From Nitrososphaerales archaeon (lineage in GTDB: Archaea; Thermoproteota; Nitrososphaeria; Nitrososphaerales; UBA213): a stretch of 64,000 nucleotides of DNA. Of the stretch, positions 34,279 to 46,229 are shown piece after piece. The notes below the pieces were generated by a model. The model saw only the letters and a list, made by a program, of their open reading frames with translations. It did not search any database and was not told the origin of the DNA. How positions within the stretch are numbered: position 1 is the first letter of the stretch; every line of letters starts with the position of its first letter. The stretch covers positions 448,001 through 512,000 of the forward strand of contig CBDAOC010000020.1 of assembly GCA_965197925.1 (NCBI GenBank). Reading direction: 5' to 3'. The translations under genes and the position numbers were made by a program.

Positions 34279-35152
34279 CAACTCATCTCAAAACTAACCA
34301 TTTAGACAATTTTTAGCGGCCATTTAGATCCATGAATAGCGACATCTAAAATTATTTTATGAAATTCCAAGAATTATCAGACAAACAGTGGAGTATGATG
34401 GAATCACACATACCGCCACATGCAAAAACTGGCAGGCCTAGGGATTATGATAGAAAAATCATTAACGGAATAATCCATGTTCTAACTACTGGATGCCGAT
34501 GGGACGATATGCCAAAAAGATATGGTGATGATTCTACTGCAAACAGAAGGTTAAACAAATGGCAACAAAAAGGAATCTGGAAAAAGATTCTATCACGTAC
34601 TATTCACTCAGCACATAAATCTGGCAAAATTAATCTACAAAAAATATCAGTTGACTCTTCATCCATTCCTGATAAAAAAGGGGCAATGTAACTGGATATA
34701 ATGGATTCAAGAGAATAACAGGTACAAAAATACATGCCGCAGTAGAGAGTAACGGATTTCCAATATCCATACTGTTGAGTCCAGCAAATGAACATGACAG
34801 TACAAAATGCATGGATGTTACAGGATCAATTTCAGACTATCTTGATGATGATTCAATACAACAGATAGAATCAGTTTATGCAGACAAAATGATGCAAAAT
34901 ACATCAGAATGTATTTGTGGGATAGAAATATTGCATGTTGCATCCCATACAAAATAAATTCCAAGTTCATCTTGCAAAATAATGATTGCAAACATTACAG
35001 CAAGACAAGATTTGTAGTTGAGAGATTCCTTGCATGGCTCAAGAATGGATTTCACAGAACAAGAACCAGGTATGAAAGAACGGCAGAAAACTACCTGGCA
35101 TTTGTTAATCTTGCATCATTTTTGATGTATTGTAGGGTTTTGAGATGAGTTG
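34279..35152 (+). mobile_element. IS5-family element, family C copy 2
   Basis: Same TIRs and near-identical sequence to 17621-18489. Confidence 0.92.
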
Positions 35153-35617
35153 TCTATCCGTATAGTATGACAATGCATTGCTCGACCTGAATCCAGATGC
35201 ACCTATTGCTACGAACTATTTCCTAATCATGGTGAGCAGTATGTATGAAGAAATTATTCTGTAAAGTATGTTGCCATCTATCCTTGCAGCAAACTTCTGA
35301 AGCGTTGTATAATATGGGACACTAGATACATTCTAAGATAGAATCCTTCATGGAGCCATTCCACAAACCTTCTGCAGCTCTTCCCGTCATACTGTCTTAG
35401 CACTAGAAGGATCGTTTGCCGCCATACAGAATAGATGTGATTCTTTTTTCTGTGCATGTAGAGAGCCATTCACTCCTTCATTAACACATTCAACATAGTC
35501 TTGGCAAGTTTGACGTATCATGATTCTTTCATGCATGGGCATGAAAGGTATCTAACAGTTGATTTCACAGCGCAATTCTATATACAATGGATTAAAATCT
35601 ATGGGTTCTACAGAGCC
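35153..35617 (-). mobile_element. IS5-like family D remnant (5' part), truncated at the family C copy
   Basis: HIYSVW..ILLVLRQYDGKSCRRFVEWL; end GGCTCTGTAGAACCCATAG. Confidence 0.7.
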
Positions 35618-35667
35618 TGTCAAACGTTAACTTTTTTATTTATGGTAATCATTCTCTGATTTATTCG

Positions 35668-37128
35668 ATGGTCCAAGTTGATACTCCAAGCAATACTACC
35701 TCGTATTTGGGTGAAGGTGATGTCAGGCGGGAAAAAATAAAAAAATCTCTACAGATCTATGAGAGTGTTATTGTTTGGGGCCATTCTAAGAATCTAACTA
35801 TTAGGGAAGATTATTCATTTAATGAGCTGATTTATACCTCCTTGGAAGGACTTGACAGAACTATGGTGTGGCGCAAACGCCGGCCATTTAGCATGAAATT
35901 TGATCCTATAAGAGCCGTTCTGGGTTATCGGGTAAGTGATTTCTACAGGGTTTTTGACGAATTGCGGAAGCAGAAGATCATTGTTATAGCCACAGGACCT
36001 AATACAATACAACCATTCATGTATTTTGTTGACGCGATGAATTTTGTGGCCGCATTTGTTGATCCTAATTCACATACGATTTTCTATAGCCATGGGTTAT
36101 TAGAAACCTGGAGGGGAGACCCAAGAATTCTCCAGTTTGATGGAAAGGGAGTTACATCTTTTCAGACTTTGTTCTCATTAAGCTTAGTGAATTTGATCAC
36201 CAGTTACCTAGGGATGGGACTTGTTGCTTCCAGAAAAGTGCAAGACATATTTGACCTAAAAGGAATTTTGAAAACAAATCTAAGTGAATTGGTGGAACAA
36301 ACAGAATGCAAAACCTGGCCTGGGACCAAGGAAGCTCAAAGGAAAGCCGAAATCTCTTTACGGGGTTATCTTAATGCATGGTTTGATTTCATGGCGAAAT
36401 CTGGATGGTTAGAGATTCATCATACACTACAAGATAGCAAAGTAGCGGAAAAGGAACAAAGTTTCCTTGATACTGCAACTACTGAGATAAATGAAACTGC
36501 CCAAGAAATAATTGTTGACTATTCTCAGGAAGATGTAATCGATAATGTCGAAAAGAAGAGGGCTGAGAAGAAGAGGGGAGAGAAGCAGATGCAGTGGACG
36601 ATGATGCGTATTGCATTAGGAATTCTATATCCCAGAAAAAAGAATTTTCTACGTTCATGTTGGGAAAATAAGGAACGTGGAATAACATGGAACCAGCTTG
36701 AAGAAAGATATTATGAAGAGATTTGGGATCTCATTCGACTAGATCTTGCAGGAAAGGATATTGTTGCAGAGATCGAGGAGAAGGATATGTATACTTTGGG
36801 GAAGATGCATTTCATATTTGAGCTCAAACGTTCAGAGAGACCAAGGGAAAAGATCCGAACTCTTGAACAATTTACCATAGAGGAGCTCAGAGGAAGAAAG
36901 GAAAATTTGTTAACCAGACTTAAATGGGAAGGAAAGGTTCTTTCTTCAGATGCCGCGTGGGTCGATATAGTAACTAGATTTAGAAAACTTATAATTCGAT
37001 ATCACCCTGACAGAGTTGAGGTAACAGGTATAGAACCGGTAGAAGCAAAGAAAGTATCATCACAAGTAATACAGGATTTTCGAGAATTGGAGATCATACA
37101 CGACCTGCACCCAGAGATATTCAAGTAA
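35668..37128 (+). CDS. Hypothetical protein with C-terminal J-domain-like HPD motif
   Basis: IVTRFRKLIIRYHPDRV...SQVIQDFREL; intact 486 aa. Confidence 0.7.
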   Translation: MVQVDTPSNTTSYLGEGDVRREKIKKSLQIYESVIVWGHSKNLTIREDYSFNELIYTSLEGLDRTMVWRKRRPFSMKFDPIRAVLGYRVSDFYRVFDELRKQKIIVIATGPNTIQPFMYFVDAMNFVAAFVDPNSHTIFYSHGLLETWRGDPRILQFDGKGVTSFQTLFSLSLVNLITSYLGMGLVASRKVQDIFDLKGILKTNLSELVEQTECKTWPGTKEAQRKAEISLRGYLNAWFDFMAKSGWLEIHHTLQDSKVAEKEQSFLDTATTEINETAQEIIVDYSQEDVIDNVEKKRAEKKRGEKQMQWTMMRIALGILYPRKKNFLRSCWENKERGITWNQLEERYYEEIWDLIRLDLAGKDIVAEIEEKDMYTLGKMHFIFELKRSERPREKIRTLEQFTIEELRGRKENLLTRLKWEGKVLSSDAAWVDIVTRFRKLIIRYHPDRVEVTGIEPVEAKKVSSQVIQDFRELEIIHDLHPEIFK

Positions 37129-37181
37129 GGTCTTATTCCCTAAATATACATTTAATATATTGTGATAGGCTTGTAGATTTT

Positions 37182-38147
37182 ATGGTAACTGCATGTATTT
37201 CTCACAAGGAAGATGTTGACGGTATAGTCTCAGCCTCAATGATAAAATCTCTCTTCAAAGGGAATTCATTTTTGGTAGATTATTCGGAATTCATTTCTAT
37301 ACTAGAAGGTTTTGCAAAGATGCAGGATATTGAACGTCTGTTTATCTGCGATCTTGGTCTTAGCAAGTCAAATGAAAATAGATTTATTGAAATTCTTAAT
37401 AGTTTGAGAAGAAAAGGCGTTGAAGTTGTATACATAGATCACCATGATCTTGCCGATGAAGTTAAAAATACTTTGAGTAAAAATGGAATTATTGTTATAC
37501 ATACAGTAAATGAATGTACATCCGTGCAAATATACGATAGATTTGGTGATAAATTGCCAAGGCGATTCATGTTGTTGACTGTTTGTGCTGCGATTGCTGA
37601 TGTTATGGATGATAGATCTATAGCAAGTAAACTGTGCAAGGCACAAGATAGACAATTTTCATTCTTCGAAGCAACCTCCCTTTCATTTGCGATATACGCC
37701 AACCAACATAATCCTAATTTTCTTATGTCTTTAGTGAGTGCTCTTAATACGGCGATGCCCCACGAAGTAGAAGGTGTTCTCGATTCTGCAAAGAGTTATG
37801 CACAGAAAATAACTAGTAATCTAGCTGTTATTGAGAAGAATACAAAAAGGATGAAAAACTTGGTTCATGTACAAACATATGATTTGTCTACAAGCATAGC
37901 TGCAAACATTCTACTTGCTACGTATCAGGATGTTCAGACCGCAGTAGCATACAAAGAAAAGAATGGTAGCTACGTTCTATCAATACGGGGTTCAGATTCT
38001 TCTAGCCATCATTTGGGGAGGATTGTCAATAAACTTTCTGTAGAATTAGGTGGATCTGGTGGAGGACATGAGAAGGCCTGTGGTGCCTTGATCCCTAAAA
38101 CAAAGCTCGATGAATTTATGGAAAATGTTGATTCAATCTTGTCCTGA
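37182..38147 (+). CDS. DHH-family phosphoesterase with DHHA1 domain
   Basis: SHKEDVDG, ICDLG, YIDHH, GGGHEKACG. Confidence 0.9.
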   Translation: MVTACISHKEDVDGIVSASMIKSLFKGNSFLVDYSEFISILEGFAKMQDIERLFICDLGLSKSNENRFIEILNSLRRKGVEVVYIDHHDLADEVKNTLSKNGIIVIHTVNECTSVQIYDRFGDKLPRRFMLLTVCAAIADVMDDRSIASKLCKAQDRQFSFFEATSLSFAIYANQHNPNFLMSLVSALNTAMPHEVEGVLDSAKSYAQKITSNLAVIEKNTKRMKNLVHVQTYDLSTSIAANILLATYQDVQTAVAYKEKNGSYVLSIRGSDSSSHHLGRIVNKLSVELGGSGGGHEKACGALIPKTKLDEFMENVDSILS

Positions 38148-38689
38148 TCTATTTTATTAAGGCAATTAAATTCAAATATTTCTTCTTTTGCCATATCAAT
38201 TGATTTAGAACATTCTCAACTTGAAGGGCCGGGCTTTGCTGACATCTATTTGAATTATTGTAGAATCTGACTACGATTTATTTATGTTTGTAAGCCTTTG
38301 GGAAGAAAAGATATTATTTTAACCCAAAAACTTCACTATTTATTTTTTTTCTTGAACTTGATGAACTCATGTTTAAGATACTACCACGTTTTTACATTTA
38401 CCTAGAATCAATATTCTTCTTCATTGGAATATGACATGATTGTATTTGTTATTATTTTTACCATTCTTCTCTATAATCTCGAAATGATATAATTTTAATC
38501 ATTTAATTCTTTTCGAAAGGCTGTCCTGAGAATATCTTCTCTTTCATTTGATGACCCGGTCCTCCTCTTTCCATACCTATACGGTCTATGGGAACTTTTT
38601 GTAAGGATTTTCTTATCTTGAAATGCAGGTATCAATTATGGGAGTATGCTTCCAAAGATTTCAACACAGTATATTCAGCATTAAATTGT

Positions 38690-39220
38690 TTAATGTTTAC
38701 CCTTTAGTCTTCTATACAATAACAGGAATCCGAAAAGGGATGCAGGAAAGAGGACTCCAATAAGGACCAAAGAATAGAACATGTACCCAAAAGGATTGAG
38801 AGTACTAATGTTAAAGCTCTCAGTTATCACATTGCCTTCAAAAGTGTACAGATCTATCTCTACTATGTAAATACCAGGATCGATAAAGATATAGTCTATC
38901 TCTAAATGCCCATTACTCAAGATCCTTGGATGCCATTCTTTTAATAATATATCATTTTTGTATATTTTCATTCCAATTCTTGCATCGATCACATCAACGT
39001 AATCACGATCAGATATTTTAAATAGTATTTTGTTCAGGTTCCCAACAATTGGTATCTCTGGATCTGTGGCGATCTGCAGTATATAACCACCCACTCTCGA
39101 TTCTTCAGAATTGAACAATTGGTGGCCAAAGGATAATGGAATAATACTAATGACCAGTAGTGATAAAATTGAAAATAAACTGATTTCCGTAAAATACTTC
39201 AATGGACGAAGTCCAACCAT
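38690..39220 (-). CDS. Exported Ig-like protein with C-terminal TM
   Basis: Signal peptide ending FGH, PGIY, C-terminal TM. Confidence 0.65.
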   Translation of the reverse strand: MVGLRPLKYFTEISLFSILSLLVISIIPLSFGHQLFNSEESRVGGYILQIATDPEIPIVGNLNKILFKISDRDYVDVIDARIGMKIYKNDILLKEWHPRILSNGHLEIDYIFIDPGIYIVEIDLYTFEGNVITESFNISTLNPFGYMFYSLVLIGVLFPASLFGFLLLYRRLKGKH

Positions 39221-39569
39221 GTTCCTTATATTTTAATCGTGTTACAAAGATAAAACTATGAAACTCAATTTCTTAACCAAACAAGAAAATCAAGTAATCC
39301 TTCCAATGCTCGATGGAGATAATGAGGACGTATATAATACCCCAAAAATTAAGTTATATAATTGCAATATAAAAAAAATTCATAGCCCACTCTTAATCTC
39401 AAAATTGTTCAAAACTAACTTTTTTTAGACTTTCATGTTATAAGACTTTTTGGAACTTAATAATGATGCAACTGTAATAGACTTGGGTATTGTAAACTAG
39501 AAAGTCCAAATCAAATTACCAATACTATTTGGACTTTGCTATTCATAAAAAAACATATTCTCAATTGTA

Positions 39570-39662
39570 TGCCGGGGACGGGATTCGATCCCGCGACCTC
39601 CAGATTATGAGTATAACCCCTATAGGAGGACTGGCGCTCTAACCAGGCTGAGCTACCCCGGC
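39570..39662 (-). tRNA. tRNA-Met(CAT), probably elongator, with 18-nt intron at 30/31 (intron 39613-39630)
   Basis: GCCGGGG/CCCCGGC acceptor; removing TCCTCCTATAGGGGTTAT restores CCAGA-CTCATAA-TCTGG. Confidence 0.88.
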
Positions 39663-39712
39663 TCTGCCACCCGGCACACAAATCGCTATTTTATCAGCAT
39701 TAATTTACCTTC

Positions 39713-41035
39713 CTACTCAGGTGCAGAATTCTGTTCAGTCTTGGTAAATTCCTCTCTAATTCTTATGAGATTCTGTCCACCAGCCTTTTTTACCTCAACT
39801 AATTCTTCACGCTCCAGACGTTTAACGAGTCTCCATACCGTAGTTTTAGGGAGATCAAACCTCTCCCTAATCTCGCTTTCAAAAGCTTCTCCACTCCTCT
39901 CTGCGATGAAGTTTAGAGCTTCTTTATCATCGTCCCTAAGATATGGTTTTTCTGTAAATATCTTGGTCAGATCTATGGTCCGTCTTTCCTTAGCCAAAAG
40001 TTCTACAGGTACCCAGGGTGTTGATTTTTCTATCATACTTCTTCTGGACTGTATGTATAATGCAGACACAGCCACGACTGCAACAGAGACTACAATTACA
40101 CCTATTATTATATAAGTTTGGTCAAAAATATCCAATGGAACATTCCTTGCATCTAGTACAACCTTTTTAGCTTGCTGTGCCAAGCTGAATGCTTCATCAT
40201 AATTTCCATTTACATACTCTTCTGCCGCTTGATTGAAAATCTGTTCAGCACTAATAGTATTAAAGCCTTGAACATTACTATTCATTATTTCGATCTTAGC
40301 TTCGCCTAGCGCTGTGTTTGCAAGCATAGCATTGTGATTGGCATTATTGGCTAATGTCTTTGCATCGTTTGCAAGTATTTCTGCATCAGCATATTTTCTA
40401 TTATCAAAAGCCTGTTTAGATTCATTCAACTTAAGTTCAGCATCATCGACAACTATGTCCTTTATTTTATTGGTTGAGATCGCCTTCTCAGCTTCGCTTA
40501 TAGCAACGGTGGCATGTTCTTTTGTACCAAGAGCACCTATAACATAACTGATTTCATTATGACCTTTTGGCATTACCAGTGCATACCTGTTATCAGATAG
40601 CCTAATTGAGTTAGGTATTTGGCTTAAGCCAATTATCACACTATCTTCTGGTAATTTTATCGAAGTAACCATAGGTGCATTCAGGACAAAGGTCCAGAGC
40701 CTCCCTGTTTTATTCACAATATCTATATTGTATGTTATCAATAAGTGTGAAGCGCCAAAAGTATCTACAACCAATGAACCGTTCTCTATCCTGCTATCGA
40801 CAGGGGCATCATTCTCATCAATTATTATAAGCTGTTCAAAAACAGTGCCGAACAATGGTATTGTCATCGTAGGTATTGTAACATCCGCGCCCAACCTATA
40901 TTCTATTGCTGCTTTTCCATCAGAAAAGATCTCCACTACCAGGGATTCAGGTGTATACTCCTTCGCATATATGAAATTGAACATAAATGTCGTGATTAAA
41001 ACGTAATATAGTAGAATGAAAATAATATTTTTCAT
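39713..41035 (-). CDS. Membrane-associated transcriptional regulator (extracellular domain, TM, C-terminal wHTH)
   Basis: ESEIRERFDLPKTTVWRLVKRLEREELVEVKKAGGQNLI after a TM helix. Confidence 0.8.
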   Translation of the reverse strand: MKNIIFILLYYVLITTFMFNFIYAKEYTPESLVVEIFSDGKAAIEYRLGADVTIPTMTIPLFGTVFEQLIIIDENDAPVDSRIENGSLVVDTFGASHLLITYNIDIVNKTGRLWTFVLNAPMVTSIKLPEDSVIIGLSQIPNSIRLSDNRYALVMPKGHNEISYVIGALGTKEHATVAISEAEKAISTNKIKDIVVDDAELKLNESKQAFDNRKYADAEILANDAKTLANNANHNAMLANTALGEAKIEIMNSNVQGFNTISAEQIFNQAAEEYVNGNYDEAFSLAQQAKKVVLDARNVPLDIFDQTYIIIGVIVVSVAVVAVSALYIQSRRSMIEKSTPWVPVELLAKERRTIDLTKIFTEKPYLRDDDKEALNFIAERSGEAFESEIRERFDLPKTTVWRLVKRLEREELVEVKKAGGQNLIRIREEFTKTEQNSAPE

Positions 41036-41464
41036 AATTTATCACATTGCACAAAATAATACGGGTTTGTGTATAAAATAATATTATAATGTGACTGTAT
41101 GGACATAGCCGTGATTCGACCCAGAACTGATATAAGTTTTATTAAAAATAATAAACAATTTAGCCGTAATAAGAGAGGTGTCTACAATTGCTGTTGTATA
41201 ATCTTCTGCATTCAAATTATCGAAAGTCTCTAGAATCTTTTGCTGCTACCCAAATAGTATTCAAACTTACAAATAAGTACTTTTTCTTGTTTAGGTAAAA
41301 TTATTGTTGCGATATGAACCTAATCTACCGGTAAAGTAAACAATCATTAGTTGAACAAAATTTATAACAAAATTGAATTATGGTTCCTATCTCCATGATT
41401 CTTTATACTTCACACACGTTTTGGACACAACATTCCTTGCATTATTCCCACTCAACTAAATATC

Positions 41465-42504
41465 TGAGGCTTGGGCATAATTAAGCCGGTCGAAACGATA
41501 AGATCAGGTTCTAGTTTTTATTGTTGATATGTTTAGCTCAGACTCCATACTTCTTCGTATATTATTTTTGATTGACGTGATTCTAGTCAAAACCTAATAA
41601 GAAAAGGGGTAGACCATTCTACTATTCTCCTACAGTTATGGTGAGATGCTTCATCGTTAGAGTATGGATAAGAATACCAAGCAACAATGTGTTACATCAA
41701 TACTTTTCGATAGACATGCCATACAACAGGAAGGTAATGAAGGCATGTGGTCTTGATAGGTTGCCAGACAGAAGAACATTCGACAGAAGGTCAAGGCCAT
41801 ATCAATTGACATAAGATCAAGGATAGGTGCTATGGGTATGCTCTTCATAAAAGATGGGTGGTAGACTCATTCATAGTATCCGTTGACAGTTCCTTGTTGA
41901 AGGCAAAGGGACATGTATGGCACAAATCTAGCATGAAGAAGAATGAAGTGCCACGCTCCGGTATAGATACAGATGCTCGATGGGGCTACAGCAGAACCAA
42001 GGGATGGGTATTCGGATACAAGATGCATCTAGCATGTAGCACAGGTTCATTGATAGTTCCATTATCAGCTGATTTCACAACAGCTAACATTACTGATAAC
42101 AAGATGTATGAAAGCATAACATCTTCATTGCCTACAGGAATGGTAAGGTATGTTGTAGGAGATGAAGGATATGATGATCACAAGTTATGTGATTTCAGCA
42201 GGTATAGAGGGCATCCAGTATTCCCATTGGAAAGGTACAAGCATACTACAGATAATAATAGACTGGCATTGCTGCAGTTCTATCAATCGGAATTTGAGCA
42301 TGTATATTCTCGGAGGAGCATAAGCGTTGAACCATTGATAGAGCATATGAAGGATGTATTTGATATAGACCCACTACCTGTTAGAGGATTTGATAAAGCT
42401 AGGAGCATCGTTCTGATTTCTATATTGCTATACCAGCTGATGGTATACTACAACTACTTGACAGGAAGACCATTAAGGGCATTGAAGCACATGTTGGGAA
42501 GTTA
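41465..42504 (+). mobile_element. IS family A copy 2; right end lost at the family B insertion
   Basis: Left end TGAGGCTTGGGCATAATT; near-identical to 888-1927. Confidence 0.88.
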
Positions 42505-43546
42505 GAGCCTATCCTAAAATTCTAGCTGATAGTTAATGATTGGTAGAAATGATAACATTTAGAATGCAAGAATATTAGTTCATACTGTCAGGTTTAGTTT
42601 TCTTACTATTGATTTTATTAGTATTGTAGATAGTAGATACTAGAAACAGTTGCATTAACGTGTTTATGACACTACCAATATATCGCTCTATACACTATTA
42701 GGCAGTTAGCAAATTCTACTAGCGCCTGATAATTTTCCTCTCTCTTCTCGAACCTTACCAATAACTTTCTGAACCTGTTATGCCAAGATGCGGTTCTTTC
42801 TACAACCCATCTCTTTGCTTTGTACAAATTCTTTTTCAACACTTCACCCTTACGACGAATGTGATCCACATATCCCCTTCCTAACTCCATACTCTATCTC
42901 AGGGAAATCATATCCTATTCATGCATATGTTCTGTTTAACTTTGGGCCTATCAACAACAATGCTATCTATTGTAGGAAAGGCTGATTTCATATCGTGCTT
43001 GTTTGCTCCAGTAATTACAGATGAGAGAGGTACTCCTCTTCTATCAACCAGCATGTGACGTTTGGTACCTAGCTTGCCTCTATCCGTTGGGTTTGCTCCG
43101 GCCGTTTTCCCCCTAATGGGGCCTTCGGTACGCTATCCATGGATTGCCAGTCCCATCCTATACCCTTCAATTCATCATATATTTCCAGCAGCCTCTTCCA
43201 TACCTTCTTGAATACTCCTATCCCAATCCATTCCTGAAATCTTGCATGGCAAGTTGAGCCAGAACCAAATTCTTTAGATACCTTCTTCCACTGGCATCCA
43301 GTTCTTAATACGTACAGTATTCCATTCAATACTTTTCTAAATGGCACAGCTGGCCTTCCAACTGTTCTTGCTGGTTTCTCTGGTAGCAACACTAGTTTGA
43401 ACTCTTCCCATAGATTGTCTGGTATATGCCATATGGTCGGCATGCTCTTTTTCTTTGATTTTCTCACAAATTTAGCTAGAGAGGACAGATCTAGATCTGT
43501 TTCGGTATAAACAATTAGGCTATGATGTTAATTTTCGGATAAGCTC
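42505..43546 (-). mobile_element. IS5-family element, family B copy 3; no matching target duplication
   Basis: TIRs present; flanks TTA / CAA. Confidence 0.9.
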
Positions 43547-43548
43547 CA

Positions 43549-43623
43549 AGCGTTCTCGTAATAATGACGGCGGTTGTAGGTATGGGGATAGCTGCTGCCA
43601 GATTCAAGAACCCATTATTGTAG
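43549..43623 (+). pseudogene. Orphan PEFG-CTERM-like sorting tail of a deleted surface protein
   Basis: SVLVIMTAVVGMGIAAARFKNPLL* begins right at the IS end. Confidence 0.55.
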
Positions 43624-43761
43624 ACAAGTATTACGTTTGATGAGGAAACGAGTCATGTAGACTTGGCCTAGGGTAATTATAACATAACAGAAGCGAATCT
43701 TAAATGATAAGGAATTAGTAAAAAGAGGGGAGTTAAGAAGCCCAACGTCGGGATTCTTTCT

Positions 43762-44151
43762 TTATGCGTGGATGCCTATCTTCTGCTTCTCTTCCCTGTT
43801 AGCCAGGAATGAGGTCATCCAACCTAAGATGGCACCAAAGAGAGCATACTGTAGTAATGGCACAAGTAATTCTGTGTACGGCATTGATTCTGGCTTTGCT
43901 ATTACAGCGAAAGATACCAATCCAGTAATTACACCCAATGATACTGCATCTTTGGTTCTTACTGGTTTAACACTATCGTTGGATGTCAACACACCATATA
44001 TTGCACCTACGATTAGAGTGGTAGGCAATAGCACTTGAAGGTCCAGAGTGTTTGTACCAAACATAGTAACCGCTAACACCAGTCCTGCAATGAGTCCTGC
44101 AATCGCTCCATTTCGAATACCCTTCTTTATTTCGTACTTGTTGTTTGACAT
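43762..44151 (-). CDS. Small 4-TM membrane protein
   Basis: GAIAGLIAG.. and further hydrophobic helices. Confidence 0.7.
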   Translation of the reverse strand: MSNNKYEIKKGIRNGAIAGLIAGLVLAVTMFGTNTLDLQVLLPTTLIVGAIYGVLTSNDSVKPVRTKDAVSLGVITGLVSFAVIAKPESMPYTELLVPLLQYALFGAILGWMTSFLANREEKQKIGIHA

Positions 44152-44897
44152 ATTTGTCGATAGCCATAGATGCAATGTAATATCCTTAAGCTTAGATAGT
44201 ATAATGTTGATCTAGGAGTTGTCATATTATACACCATCGAAGGACAATATGCATGTCAACATTTGTTGCATGGATGCGATGGTTTTGTTCTTCCAATCTC
44301 ATATGATGTTGCATCTCATCATCAAGGATAATGAGAGGAATTGAAACTTTGATTTGATGTATTTAAAGATAAATGAATTCCAAGTTTGCACATGTTCATT
44401 TGTTCAGCTCGGTAAAAATAAATTTGGATTGCGGCTATGGAGGATAGCTGTCATACAAGCAGAAATTGAAAAGGAAGAGATAGTGCCTGTTTATTAGAAA
44501 TATATTTCAAATTGTGTAATTCTCTCTCCTTTTCTCTCGTGGTCAGCTGAGAACACAATTCCGAAGTAGATCAACTGTCAAAACGTGTAGATGAGGAATA
44601 TTGTGGAAAGAATGATCTCGATATAAGTTATCGCAGTAATAACGGTCTCAACTAGTGATATATCCTCAAAGAATATGGGATGTAAAACATCACTGGGATA
44701 ATCAGGAACTCTATCAGGGGTTTACTTTATGTCAGGTATCTATGCTAGGAAAGCTAACACTATAAGCTACTGGTTTGGTAAGGTAAAGGTAAGTATAACC
44801 ATAAGCATATTGGGTTCATCTCTTGGTCATCAGCTATACATAGGTTAGTTACTATACAAAGGGCAAACCTTATCTACCCCTATACTTCAGGTCAATC

Positions 44898-45689
44898 ATG
44901 TCGATACTTACCACGGGTAAAGGTAAGAAGGGGCAGATAGAAATGTTGCTTAAGGAAGGAAAATCTGACGATGAGATCGTAGAACAGCTTGGAACCACAA
45001 AGTCCTATGTGCAGAAAGTAAAGTCACAACGAAAGTCCACTTTAAACAGTAAGAATAGTGTATCTGATATTGAGGAAGACGAATCAGTTGATGTAAAAAG
45101 AGTTCTAGAAACAAACAAAGAAACAACCATCCTACCTGAACATAAACCGTCTTCTACATCAGAGGAAAAGGAGTTAACCAAGAACGAACGGCGAAAAATA
45201 TACAATCTCTTTTTCAAGGGTTGGAAACCATCAAAAATTGTTGCGAAGATGGGATACTCATATGAAGTGGTGGAAGCCGAGTATAGGAATTATAACAAGG
45301 ACATTGGATTGGATATGCAAACATTTCAGAAACAATTCATGAGCAAACACGGTGCAGATAACGAGGACATTGGTTCTGAAGGAAAAGCTCTCGTGAAAAG
45401 GTACAAGCGAGATGGTTATCTTTTGAATGAAGACTTTTCTGAACTGCTACAGCTCATATGGGATAATGATAAGGAAGATGCGATAAAAGATGTGCTTGAA
45501 GGGGAAGTATCACCTCCAGAGGGCTTGACTAGAATACCATGCGACGTCTGTGGAAAACCAATGAAAGGTGCCATAGTAAATCCAAGTAATAATATGGGAA
45601 CAGCTATCTTACAATTTTGTAGAGATGATGAGTGGGGACATGGTCCTTGTGTTGATAAATACGAGGCTAATGAAGACAAAGAAGGATAG
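44898..45689 (+). CDS. Hypothetical protein with two HTH-like segments and a C-terminal Cys/His motif
   Basis: EGKSDDEIVEQLGTTKSYV; KGWKPSKIVAKMGYSYEVV; CDVCG..HGPC. Confidence 0.65.
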   Translation: MSILTTGKGKKGQIEMLLKEGKSDDEIVEQLGTTKSYVQKVKSQRKSTLNSKNSVSDIEEDESVDVKRVLETNKETTILPEHKPSSTSEEKELTKNERRKIYNLFFKGWKPSKIVAKMGYSYEVVEAEYRNYNKDIGLDMQTFQKQFMSKHGADNEDIGSEGKALVKRYKRDGYLLNEDFSELLQLIWDNDKEDAIKDVLEGEVSPPEGLTRIPCDVCGKPMKGAIVNPSNNMGTAILQFCRDDEWGHGPCVDKYEANEDKEG

Positions 45690-46229
45690 ATTAATGAGTA
45701 ATTATTTGACTTTAATTATGGTCTAATAAACATATTCAATAGAATCCACTATGTTATTCTATCAAAAGTTTGTATAGACTTTCCCTTAGAAGGTAGTGGT
45801 CGACAGGCCTTGTCGAATATTGGACTAGCCTTCTTCATATCTATCCGAAGAAATTAAGTTTAATGAAATCCAATTAATCCAAATCCCGCTACGATAGGGA
45901 TCATAAATAGTCATATCATCATGATTATTTTCGGGCAAATATCTCATGAAGCTCTGAAAGGAAATCTCCACCCTATTCAGTTATGACATAGTATAAAGAA
46001 ATACCCTCTGGTCTTGATACAAGTTTTAGACCATTTAGAAAGGTGAAAAACTTTACGCCCCTAGATTGAGACCAGATTTGGATTTCAATTGTGATATCTT
46101 TAATGGTCCTTCAGTCAAGTCAGTTAGAATATCTCTAATTATAACAAGTCGTCGTTTTCGACATCTCATATAGACCACAAATTGAGCAAGTTAAGATTTC
46201 AATCCTATCAATTGTTAGTATGTATTTTC

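Noticed and set aside
38500..38670. Possible decayed transposase 3' end on the minus strand
   Set aside because: Too degenerate to support by eye
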